This document shows positions 1 through 7,913 of a DNA stretch of 25,567 bases, one piece after another (within the stretch, counting starts at the first letter, position 1; each line of letters starts with the position of its first letter). The notes under the pieces are model-generated. The model did no database searches, was not told where the DNA came from, and was given only the letters and a program-made list of their open reading frames with translations. Source of the stretch: an uncultured Oscillospiraceae bacterium (GTDB lineage Bacteria; Bacillota; Clostridia; Oscillospirales; Ruminococcaceae); assembly GCA_964371915.1 (NCBI GenBank), contig CAYJOX010000001.1:1-25567 (forward strand). Direction: 5' to 3'. The translations under genes were made by a program, and so were the position numbers.

Positions 1-425
1 CCGGTTATATTACCGAGGGTCAGATCATAATTTCGCGCGATCTGTATCGCAAGGGGTTAAAGCCACCTATCGATGTTCTGCCGTCTCTGTCCCGTCTTAA
101 GGACAAAGGTATCGGCGAGGGCAAGACACGTGAGGACCACGCAAACACCATGAACCAGCTGTTCTCGGCCTATGCAAGGGGTAAGGATGCCAAGGAGTTG
201 ATGACAATTCTTGGTGAGGCCGCCCTTACCGAGGTTGACAAGAAGTTTGCAAGGTTTGCTGATGAGTTTGAAAAGACATATGTTAGCCAGGGATACGATG
301 TTAACCGCAGTATCGAGGAGACCCTTGATATCGGCTGGAAACTGCTTACAATTCTACCGAAAAACGAGCTAAAACGTATTAAACAGGAATACATCGACAA
401 ATACTATCCACAGGAAACGCTTTAA
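1..425 (+). CDS. ntpB: V/A-type ATP synthase subunit B, C-terminal part (5' end outside window)
   Basis: Frame is open from position 3: [46 protein letters not shown]...[10 protein letters not shown]...[11 protein letters not shown], the conserved V-ATPase B C-terminus. Subunit D follows. Confidence 0.96.
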   Translation, partial: GYITEGQIIISRDLYRKGLKPPIDVLPSLSRLKDKGIGEGKTREDHANTMNQLFSAYARGKDAKELMTILGEAALTEVDKKFARFADEFEKTYVSQGYDVNRSIEETLDIGWKLLTILPKNELKRIKQEYIDKYYPQETL

Positions 426-448
426 GATAAGAACGTTAAGGAGTACAA

Positions 449-1129
449 GTGGCAAGACTTAATGTAAACCCGACCCGTATGGAGCTATCTCGGCTTAAAA
501 ACAGCCTAAAGACGGCTACAAGGGGCCATAAACTGTTAAAAGATAAGCGAGACGAGCTTATGAAACAGTTTTTAGAGATAGTTCGCCAGAACAAGGAGCT
601 TCGCCGCAAGGTTGAGGCATCTCTTGAGCAGGCATCTGCCGGCTTTGCCTCCGCCTCCGGCAACATGAGCCCGGAGAGCCTAGAGCAGGCACTGCTCTAT
701 CCAAAGCAGAGTATCTCTATTTCTGTTAGCTACAGTAATATAATGTCGGTGAACGTTCCGAAGTTTGAGGTAAAGGCAAAGAGTGACCGCCCGGGTGAGA
801 TATATCCCTACGGTTTTGCAAACACCTCCGGCGAGCTGGACGATGCCGTGCTGTCCCTCTCCGAGATAATGAGCGATCTTCTACAGCTTGCCGAGATTGA
901 AAAGGCGGTAGAGCTACTATCCATCGAGATAGAGAAGACCCGCCGCCGTGTTAACGCCCTTGAATATGTAACTATTCCAAGATATATCGAGACGATACGT
1001 TACATAACCATGAAGCTTGATGAGAACGAGCGTGGTAACCTAACAAGGCTGATGAAGGTTAAGGATATGATGGTAGAGGAAGCCATGCGCAAGGCACGTG
1101 AGCGCACCGAGGCAATGTTACAGGCATAA
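449..1129 (+). CDS. ntpD: V/A-type ATP synthase subunit D
   Basis: GTG start after AAGGAG RBS. Motifs VNPTRMEL, RGHKLLKDKRDEL and IEKTRRRVNALE. Confidence 0.96.
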   Translation: MARLNVNPTRMELSRLKNSLKTATRGHKLLKDKRDELMKQFLEIVRQNKELRRKVEASLEQASAGFASASGNMSPESLEQALLYPKQSISISVSYSNIMSVNVPKFEVKAKSDRPGEIYPYGFANTSGELDDAVLSLSEIMSDLLQLAEIEKAVELLSIEIEKTRRRVNALEYVTIPRYIETIRYITMKLDENERGNLTRLMKVKDMMVEEAMRKARERTEAMLQA

Positions 1130-1153
1130 TAAAACAAACAACAAACTTACTAT

Positions 1154-1220
1154 AGTGAAAAGTGAATGGTAGGCGGCTAATATTCTTTAGGATACAGATC
1201 GTTAACATTTACTTTTCACT
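1154..1220. repeat. 15-bp imperfect inverted repeat around a 37-bp spacer
   Basis: AGTGAAAAGTGAATG (1154-1168) pairs with CATTTACTTTTCACT (1206-1220) at 14/15 positions; the exception would be a G-U pair in RNA. Confidence 0.7.
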
Positions 1221-1240
1221 TAACTAATTAAAGGGGTATT

Positions 1241-2031
1241 ATGGATTTTCAAATAATAACCGATAGCTCAAGCGATCTGACAGTAGCCGATTTATCTAAC
1301 GATGAAATAGGTTTTGATGTAGTGCCACTTACATTACGTATAGGCAATAACAGCTATGTCGATAACGATACGATGGATAAAAATATAATGCTAGCCGATC
1401 CTTTAAGCGTGCACAGAACACCTTTGCAATATGTATATCTTCTAAACTATCCGGCACCTATAACTCTGCATTACAGGCAAGGGATTTAGTGCTAGATGAA
1501 TACCCCGAAAAAAAGATACATGTAATAGACAGCCTCGGTGCGGCAGGTGTTATGATAATGGCTGCCGAGCAGCTAATGAAGCTTCTAAAGCAGGGCCAGG
1601 GCTTTGAGGAGGCAAAACAAAGCATCGATGAGTTTATTAAGCAGAGAACACTAATATTCTCTCTCGAAAACTTTAACATGCTTATAAAAACGGGCCGTAT
1701 GAATAAACTTGTGGGCCTTACGGCATCGGCACTTGGAATTCGCGCAATCGCAAGGGCCGAGAACGGAAGCATCAAGGTAATAGATAAGGCTAGGGGCACA
1801 GCAAAGGCTCTTGAAAAGATAGTGGATTTAATGGAAACACTAAAGCCCGGCTTTAAATTGATGGAGGCACAACAGGTAATAATAAATCACTGTAATAACA
1901 ACGAAACTGCAGAAGCACTTCGAAAACTTATTATAGAAAGATACGAAAAGGTAACAGAGGTACGGCTGTTTGAAACAAGGGGCCTGTGCTCTTTCTATGC
2001 CGCAAACGGGGGGCTTATACTGTCCTATTAA
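1241..2031 (+). pseudogene. DegV/FakB family fatty-acid-binding protein, disrupted by a frameshifting internal deletion near 1398
   Basis: N-terminus IITDSSSDL...VVPLTLRIG is in one frame. SFKRAQNTFAICISSKLSGTYNSA...IHVIDS...LIKTGR continues in another frame from about 1399. The usual T/S-x-x-P-S segment between them is absent. Confidence 0.8.
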
Positions 2032-2035
2032 ACAG

Positions 2036-3436
2036 ATGCTGAATAAATTTTTTAAAGCAAAACCGCCAAGCAATGAACCGCCCGCCTTGGTACGCACAAG
2101 GCAGGGTTTTACTGTCGATTATATCGTTCAGATAACAGCACTAAATGTATGCTCCGGCATCTATCTTGCCGGCCTATTAAAGTTTATGGGAATATCAACC
2201 TCCATGAACGGCACGGTTTTAGCCCTGCCCGTTTTAGGAGGTTTATTTCAAATTGTAGGCCCTATAATTCTTTCTAACATAAAAAACGATAAACCATTTC
2301 TAATAATGGGTAGTTTCTTAGGCAAGCTGTTTCTGGCACTTGTATTTTTTGTTCCGATAATTTTTGGCAGTAACATGCTTGGTGCAATCTTCGCAATTGC
2401 AATTTTCGCAACGGGGCATGTAATACTTGCGGCAATAACCCCCGCGGTAAATAACTGGCTGATGACAGTAATACCGATAAATAAAAGAAGTGGTTTTTTC
2501 ACCTTTAGGGAGCGTGTCGGCCTTGGCTCAATGGCGATAGCCATGCTAATAGGCTCTGCCATGCTCGATATCTTTGCATCACCACAGCAACAACCTTTAG
2601 GCTTTGCTATAATAGGCATTATCTTAACTTTATACAGCATTGCAGATCTGGTTGCACTGCAAAAGATGCACAAGCCGGATATGCCGGCGGGCTCTAAGAT
2701 TACACCTAAACTTTTAGCAAGGATGTTTACCTCTAAAGATGTGTTTAAGGTTTTGGCACTTACCGTGCTGTGGCATTTTTCTACACAGGTATGGATACCG
2801 CACAACAATATCTACATCTTAGAGGTGCTGGGTGTAAGCTATTCACTTATGGGGGTTATGAGCACAGTTACCTCGGTAGAAAAGATACTGCTTATGGTGT
2901 TGTGGACAAGGTATACCAGCAGAACAAGTTTTGAGCATAGCTTTTTTACATCGATGTGCATCTATATGATAAGCTGTTTAATGTATATGGTAATAACACC
3001 GGCGAATGCAGATGTGATGGTAATAATACAACAGCTTGTAGGCTCGGCGGCATGGGCAATTCTTGGGCCGGCATTGTTTAATGTTCAGTACGATAATCTC
3101 CTAGGTAGTGATAAGGTCCTTAAGATGGGGGTTATCGGTGGAATTTCCGGAATACTTGGTTTCTTACTATCAATGCTCGGATCACAGGTTATCGCTCAGG
3201 TAAACAAGGCAGGTAGTCTGTTTGGGTTTAATGGCCAGCAGGTTGCTATTATGATAGGTAGCCTTGCCTCCTTTTCGTTAATGGTGTTTTTATACTATGG
3301 TTTTATCCCCAAGGATAAACGCCCTAAAATATCGGATTATACCTCGGCCGTCGGCAGGCTTATAAGCAGTATAAGTACCATGTTAAAGAACAGGGCTTTT
3401 AAGAAAAAATACCGCTCAGAGCGGTGGATACATTAG
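2036..3436 (+). CDS. MFS-type transporter (about 12 TM), substrate unknown
   Basis: About 12 hydrophobic segments in two halves, with MFS-like loops (WLMTVIPINKRSGFF; YILEVLGVSYS). ATG 2036, just after the DegV stop, is preferred over the ORF-track start at 1970. Confidence 0.75.
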   Translation: MLNKFFKAKPPSNEPPALVRTRQGFTVDYIVQITALNVCSGIYLAGLLKFMGISTSMNGTVLALPVLGGLFQIVGPIILSNIKNDKPFLIMGSFLGKLFLALVFFVPIIFGSNMLGAIFAIAIFATGHVILAAITPAVNNWLMTVIPINKRSGFFTFRERVGLGSMAIAMLIGSAMLDIFASPQQQPLGFAIIGIILTLYSIADLVALQKMHKPDMPAGSKITPKLLARMFTSKDVFKVLALTVLWHFSTQVWIPHNNIYILEVLGVSYSLMGVMSTVTSVEKILLMVLWTRYTSRTSFEHSFFTSMCIYMISCLMYMVITPANADVMVIIQQLVGSAAWAILGPALFNVQYDNLLGSDKVLKMGVIGGISGILGFLLSMLGSQVIAQVNKAGSLFGFNGQQVAIMIGSLASFSLMVFLYYGFIPKDKRPKISDYTSAVGRLISSISTMLKNRAFKKKYRSERWIH

Positions 3437-3455
3437 CCGCCTGTAAAACAGGTTG

Positions 3456-3483
3456 AGTGAATAGTGAAAAATGAAAAGTGTAA
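3456..3483. repeat. Four degenerate tandem heptamers
   Basis: AGTGAAT AGTGAAA AATGAAA AGTGTAA, between the MFS stop and the nitroreductase RBS. Confidence 0.6.
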
Positions 3484-3499
3484 AGATAGGAGAAAAGTT

Positions 3500-4057
3500 A
3501 TGAACGAGACAATAAACAGCCTTATGATGCGCCGCAGTATGCGTAAGTTTACAGCCGAAATGCCTACAGAGCAGCAGCTTGCAACCATAGTTGATGCAGG
3601 GCTTCGTGCACCTAGTGCCATGAACCTACAATCTAACCATATTACGGTGTTAAAGGATGCAGGCCTGATAGCAGAGCTTAATATGGGCGTTCGCTCTAAG
3701 ATGTACGATGCAGCAAAGGCACGCATGAGCGAGCGCTGTGGCTGTGAGGATTTTTCGATATTTTATGGTGCACCCTGCGTACTGCTAATAAGCAGTAACT
3801 TTGAGCTAAAGGATTACAGCAATATAGATGTTGGTATAGCCATATCGAACATCTGCACAGCCGCCGAGGCGCTAGGGCTAAACAGCTGTATTATAGGGAT
3901 GGTGCGCATGTTTTTAACAACACCGGATTGTAGTGATTTTGTAGCAAAGCTCAAGCTGCCACAGGGGCAGAATCCGGTTATTGCCATAGCTATAGGGCAG
4001 GGCTGTATGGATATGCCTACCCCACCGGTTAACGAGGGAAGATACAACTATCTGTAA
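3500..4057 (+). CDS. Nitroreductase family flavoprotein
   Basis: Motifs RRSMRKF, APSAMNLQ, D-G-A...AAEALGLNSCIIG. RBS AGGAGA at 3488-3493 supports ATG 3500. Confidence 0.9.
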   Translation: MNETINSLMMRRSMRKFTAEMPTEQQLATIVDAGLRAPSAMNLQSNHITVLKDAGLIAELNMGVRSKMYDAAKARMSERCGCEDFSIFYGAPCVLLISSNFELKDYSNIDVGIAISNICTAAEALGLNSCIIGMVRMFLTTPDCSDFVAKLKLPQGQNPVIAIAIGQGCMDMPTPPVNEGRYNYL

Positions 4058-4077
4058 AAACAATAGTTTATTAAATA

Positions 4078-4107
4078 TTGACAAGATGTGCCGTTATGTC
4101 TTATAAT
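4078..4107 (+). promoter_or_regulatory. Sigma-A type promoter of ilvE
   Basis: TTGACA (4078-4083), 18 bp, TATAAT (4102-4107). Confidence 0.75.
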
Positions 4108-4144
4108 CTTGTAAAGGCAGATAATTAAGCGGGAGAATATAGTA

Positions 4145-5203
4145 GTGGATATTAAGTTTATAGAGCGTGCCGAGCTAAAACAAAAACCGGATTTTAATAA
4201 CCTTGTATTCGGTAAAACATTTACCGATTATATGTTTATAATGGATTACACCGATGAAAACGGTTGGCATGATGCAAGGATACAACCCTACGCAAAGATA
4301 GAGATGTCCCCCTCCTCCTGCGTACTACACTATGCACAGGGTCTTTTTGAGGGGATGAAAGCATATAAGAACGGCAGCGATGTATACCTATTTCGCCCGG
4401 CCGAGAATTTCAAGCGCCTTAACGATGGTTGTGATAGGCTTTGTATACCTAAGGTTGATGTAGAGTTTGCATTAACAGCCCTTAAAAAACTAGTCGATAT
4501 AGAGCGGGATTGGATACCATCAAGTGATGGTGCGGCACTTTACATCCGCCCCTTTATAATAGCGGACGAGGAGGCACTTGGTGTACACCCCGCAATAGTA
4601 TATAAATTTATGATAATACTCTCGCCGGTTGCAAGCTACTATTCCGGTGGTTTTGCCCCTATCGATATTATGGTGGAGGAGAATTATATCCGCTCTGCAC
4701 CCGGTGGTACCGGCGCAATTAAGGCCATAGGCAACTATGCGGCATCGCTAAAAGGGCAGAGCCGTGCCTCACAGAAAAAATGTTCACAGGTCATGTGGCT
4801 GGATGGCGTAGAGCGAAAATATGTAGAGGAGGTAGGCTCCATGAACATATTCTTCGTAAAGAATGGTGAGCTTATTACCCCCGAACTTTCCGGCAGCCTA
4901 CTGCCGGGCATAACACGCCGTAGCGTTATAGAGCTTGCAAAGAAGATAGGATATTCGGTAACGGAGCGCCCGATAACTATCGATGAGGTTATAGCCGGTG
5001 CGAAGGATGGCAGCATAACCGAGTGTTTTGGTAGCGGAACCGCCGTTGTAATATCACCGGTAGGCTCGATAAACTATAAGGATGAAAAGGTGAAGATAAA
5101 CGAAGAGACGATAGGCAGGTTAACGCTCGAACTTTACGAAAAACTCACCGATATACAGTACGCAAGGTCGGAGGATACCTTTGGCTGGCGGGTATCTGTA
5201 TAG
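4145..5203 (+). CDS. ilvE: Branched-chain amino acid aminotransferase
   Basis: Motifs FGKTFTDYM, LHYAQGLFEGMKAY, LYIRPF, the PLP lysine in K-AIGNYA, EEVGSMN, LPGITR and GSGTAVVISPV. Confidence 0.96.
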   Translation: MDIKFIERAELKQKPDFNNLVFGKTFTDYMFIMDYTDENGWHDARIQPYAKIEMSPSSCVLHYAQGLFEGMKAYKNGSDVYLFRPAENFKRLNDGCDRLCIPKVDVEFALTALKKLVDIERDWIPSSDGAALYIRPFIIADEEALGVHPAIVYKFMIILSPVASYYSGGFAPIDIMVEENYIRSAPGGTGAIKAIGNYAASLKGQSRASQKKCSQVMWLDGVERKYVEEVGSMNIFFVKNGELITPELSGSLLPGITRRSVIELAKKIGYSVTERPITIDEVIAGAKDGSITECFGSGTAVVISPVGSINYKDEKVKINEETIGRLTLELYEKLTDIQYARSEDTFGWRVSV

Positions 5204-5215
5204 TAGCTAACTAAT

Positions 5216-5265
5216 AATATCCCCCCTCATCCCCTTTAGTATTAAAGGGCGTGAGGGGGGATATT
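5216..5265. terminator. Likely bidirectional terminator between convergent ilvE and hisC
   Basis: Outer stem AATATCCCCCCTCA / TGAGGGGGGATATT plus inner stem CCCTTTA-GTAT-TAAAGGG. Confidence 0.8.
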
Positions 5266-6314
5266 TATATGCTAGACAAACAGCTAACCACCTTTGCCAT
5301 ATCCTCGGCGGTGCCTATGGTTATGCGCAGATAATCCTTAATCTTATCGGCACCGAAATGCCGCACCAGTATTTTATTATCACGCAGATAGCTATAGATA
5401 TGCTCACCCGCTAACCTCTTGTTTCGTGTAAATACAAAGTTAGCGCCGGAGGGTAAGGTATCAAAACCCAGCTTTGTTATCTCGGCCACAAACCAATCTC
5501 GTGTGGTTGTTATCTCGTTGATACAGCCTTTAAAATAGTCGTCCTCCTCTATAGATATAGCGCCAAGCTCCTGTGTCATCGCATTAACGTTATAGGGGTT
5601 AAAGGAGAATTTTATCCTGTTAAGGTCGGCTATCAGCTCAGCATCGCCTACGGCATAACCAAGCCTTGCGCCCGCCATACTGCGGGATTTTGAAAATGTG
5701 CCCACAACTATAAGGTTCTTATATTTTTTTGTAAGCTGCATGGCGCTCTGGCCGGAAAAATCGGCATAGGCCTCATCGATAATCACAATATTATCCGGAT
5801 TATTTATTACAATCTGCTCTATATCCGATAGTGGCAGTACAATTCCGGTAGGTGCGTTGGGGTTGGCGATAAGTACCACCCTACCACATCCGAAATAGTC
5901 GGTTATATCTATTGTAAAATCATCCTTTAGCGGTATCTCCTGCCCCCTTATATTAAAAAGCTGTGAGAAAACACTATAGAAACCGTAGGTAATATCGGGG
6001 TAGGCTATGTCGTTTTCGCCGCCACAGTAGGCAAGGTAACAGAAGGCCAGCACCTCGTCCGATCCGTTCGAGAATATTACATTCTCCCTCGCAATATCAT
6101 AATAGCTTGCAAAGGTTTCGGTTAGGCGGCTACACCGAGTATCGTTATAGATGTTAAGCCCTTTAGCCACCTGTGCAATATAATCTATCGATCGCTGTGG
6201 TGGTTCGAAAGGGTTTTCGTTAGTGTTAAGCTTTATAAACTCCCCACGTGGAGGTTGTTCCCCCGGCACATACTCTACAAGCCCTGCCTTTGATGGTACT
6301 AAAAATCTACTCAT
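5265..6314 (-). CDS. hisC: Histidinol-phosphate aminotransferase
   Basis: Motifs YVPGEQP, IKLNTNENP, NGSDEVL, NPNAPTG, DEAY, TFSKSRSMAGARLG and YLRITIG. Start set at ATG 6314 (MSRFL). Confidence 0.93.
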   Translation of the reverse strand: MSRFLVPSKAGLVEYVPGEQPPRGEFIKLNTNENPFEPPQRSIDYIAQVAKGLNIYNDTRCSRLTETFASYYDIARENVIFSNGSDEVLAFCYLAYCGGENDIAYPDITYGFYSVFSQLFNIRGQEIPLKDDFTIDITDYFGCGRVVLIANPNAPTGIVLPLSDIEQIVINNPDNIVIIDEAYADFSGQSAMQLTKKYKNLIVVGTFSKSRSMAGARLGYAVGDAELIADLNRIKFSFNPYNVNAMTQELGAISIEEDDYFKGCINEITTTRDWFVAEITKLGFDTLPSGANFVFTRNKRLAGEHIYSYLRDNKILVRHFGADKIKDYLRITIGTAEDMAKVVSCLSSI

Positions 6315-6351
6315 ACTACTCTCACCATTCCATTTTTGACAATCTACGGCA

Positions 6352-6380
6352 ATTATAACAGATTTTGTGGGTTGTTTCAA
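6352..6380 (-). promoter_or_regulatory. Sigma-A promoter of hisC
   Basis: On the - strand: TTGAAA, 17 bp, TATAAT, with an extended -10 TG. Confidence 0.7.
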
Positions 6381-6470
6381 GTAGAGTGGCTTGGCATAAC
6401 TATACTCTTAACACATTTTTTTCATCTTTTCATGATATAAATTTACGATAGTAATTTATATGGAGATGGT

Positions 6471-6863
6471 ATGGATAGGCTTCGAAGATTTATGATAGGC
6501 AGGTACGGCACCGATAAACTTAACTTTGTTGCCATGGCCACTGCCTTTGTGCTCTCTATAATAGGAATGCTAACCGATATTTATCTGTTTGCAATTATCT
6601 CATATTTCATTCTGGGCGTGGTAATATACCGCACATTATCCAAAAACATCTATAAACGGGTGGAGGAAAACCGCAAATTTTTAGCGCTATACACCCCGCT
6701 TGAAACACGCATAAACTCTACCTTTAGGATACTTAAAGGGGAGAAATATCATAAATATTTTCGCTGTACCTCCTGCAAACAGGAGGTGCGGGTTCCACGT
6801 GGAAAAGGAAAGGTAGAGATAACCTGCCCGAGGTGTAAGAACAGGTTTATTAAAAAGACATAA
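6471..6863 (+). CDS. Conserved hypothetical membrane protein with C-terminal Zn-ribbon
   Basis: N-terminal FMxGRYGxD, two TM helices, then CTSC...CPRC. GGAG RBS. Confidence 0.8.
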   Translation: MDRLRRFMIGRYGTDKLNFVAMATAFVLSIIGMLTDIYLFAIISYFILGVVIYRTLSKNIYKRVEENRKFLALYTPLETRINSTFRILKGEKYHKYFRCTSCKQEVRVPRGKGKVEITCPRCKNRFIKKT

Positions 6864-6907
6864 CGTAAAATAATCAACAACAATTTCTTCGAAAGATAGC
6901 TCTAAAC

Positions 6908-6942
6908 AAAGCCTATAAATCCGGTTCGGATCTATAGGCTTT
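6908..6942 (+). terminator. Stem-loop, probable intrinsic terminator
   Basis: AAAGCCTATA-A-ATCCG GTT CGGAT-C-TATAGGCTTT, downstream of the 6863 stop. Confidence 0.65.
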
Positions 6943-6957
6943 AAATCTATTATTCAT

Positions 6958-6986
6958 TTGACTTTTCACCCCTGTTATGATATATT
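6958..6986 (+). promoter_or_regulatory. Probable promoter of the DRTGG/kinase/hydrogenase operon
   Basis: TTGACT, 17 bp, TATATT, with TG at the extended -10 position. Confidence 0.55.
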
Positions 6987-7081
6987 TTAACTGGTAGAAA
7001 CATGGCCTCTTGTGTGGTAAAAACGGCAGGGCGGATATGCTCCTTACCTTTAACGTATTTCAAAAACATGGAGATTAAACT

Positions 7082-7452
7082 ATGACAATTAGAGATATTA
7101 AAAACATACTGGATGCCGAGTTTATCTGCGGCGAGGGGATGGGTGATAAAGAGGTCCACACCGCCTGCTCCAGCGATCTTATGAGCGATGTGCTTGCCTT
7201 TGTTAAGGAGCAGGCGGTTTTACTTACCGGCCTTGTAATACACAAACAATACGAACAGCCGAGATGATGGATATGGTCTGCGTGGTTTTGGTTCGCGGCA
7301 AGAAGCCAAACGACGATATATGCGCACTTGCAGATGGCATGGATATCGCAGTACTTTGCACCCGCCACAGCATGTTCGAGGCCGCCGGCAGATTGTACGA
7401 GCAGGGCCTGCGCGGCGGTGAAGCCGTAAAGCAGGGGGGGCAGTATGAGTAA
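7082..7452 (+). pseudogene. DRTGG-domain protein with a 1-nt frameshift near 7232-7238 (real lesion or sequencing error)
   Basis: ACSSDLMSDVLAF...LLTGL is in one frame and NTQTIRTAEMMDMVCVVLVRGKKP in another. Adding one base gives a single 123-aa ORF. Confidence 0.8.
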
Positions 7453-7879
7453 TAGTAACGACATAATGCTTGATTTCACCGTACCGGGTGATGATTTTAC
7501 CCGTGCCGGTGAGGTTTCCAGCAACGTTAAGCGTACATTAAAAAGCCTGGGAATCGATCCCCAGACAATTCGCCGTATAGCGATAGCCCTCTACGAGGGG
7601 GAGATTAACATGGCAATCCATGCAGACGGTGGCGATATTACCGTAAGCATAACCGATTTTGGCATAGAGATGATATTAAAGGATACAGGCCCCGGCATAC
7701 CGGATATAGAAAAGGCTATGCAGGAGGGTTTTTCCACCGCCAGTGCACAGGTGCGAAACCTAGGTTTTGGCGCCGGAATGGGGTTGCCCAACATGAAAAA
7801 AAATGTAGACGAGATTGATATAAAATCCGAGGTAGGGGTCGGCACAACCATAAGAATGGTGATAAAGCTAGACGAATAA
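7445..7879 (+). CDS. Anti-sigma-factor-type (RsbW/RsbT-like) GHKL Ser/Thr kinase
   Basis: N-box YEGEINMAIHA, G1 box DTGPGI, GFST, G2 box GFGAGMGLPN, and S-VGVGTT. Confidence 0.88.
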   Translation: MSNSNDIMLDFTVPGDDFTRAGEVSSNVKRTLKSLGIDPQTIRRIAIALYEGEINMAIHADGGDITVSITDFGIEMILKDTGPGIPDIEKAMQEGFSTASAQVRNLGFGAGMGLPNMKKNVDEIDIKSEVGVGTTIRMVIKLDE

Positions 7880-7913
7880 ACTGCCCCTATAATTATAGAA
7901 AGGATCTACAGAT

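Noticed and set aside
1970..2035. N-terminal extension of the MFS ORF from TTG 1970
   Set aside because: It overlaps the DegV C-terminus; ATG 2036 directly after the DegV stop is more plausible.
6315..6380. 22-aa N-terminal extension of HisC in the ORF track
   Set aside because: It covers the predicted promoter; homology-like sequence starts at MSRFL (6314).
6901..6912. 12-mer TCTAAACAAAGC also present in reverse at 14889-14900
   Set aside because: One 12-bp AT-rich match in 25 kb is expected by chance, and similarity does not extend.
6973..6993. Possible Rex operator (TGTTA...TAAC) at the hydrogenase-module promoter
   Set aside because: Half-site spacing is 2 bp too long and the arms match the TTGTTAA-N4-TTAACAA consensus poorly.
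7075..7524. 149-aa - strand ORF and other antisense/alternate-frame ORFs (e.g. 2248-2808, 10957-11439, 13233-13727)
   Set aside because: They are shadows of well-supported genes, with no RBS or recognisable motifs.
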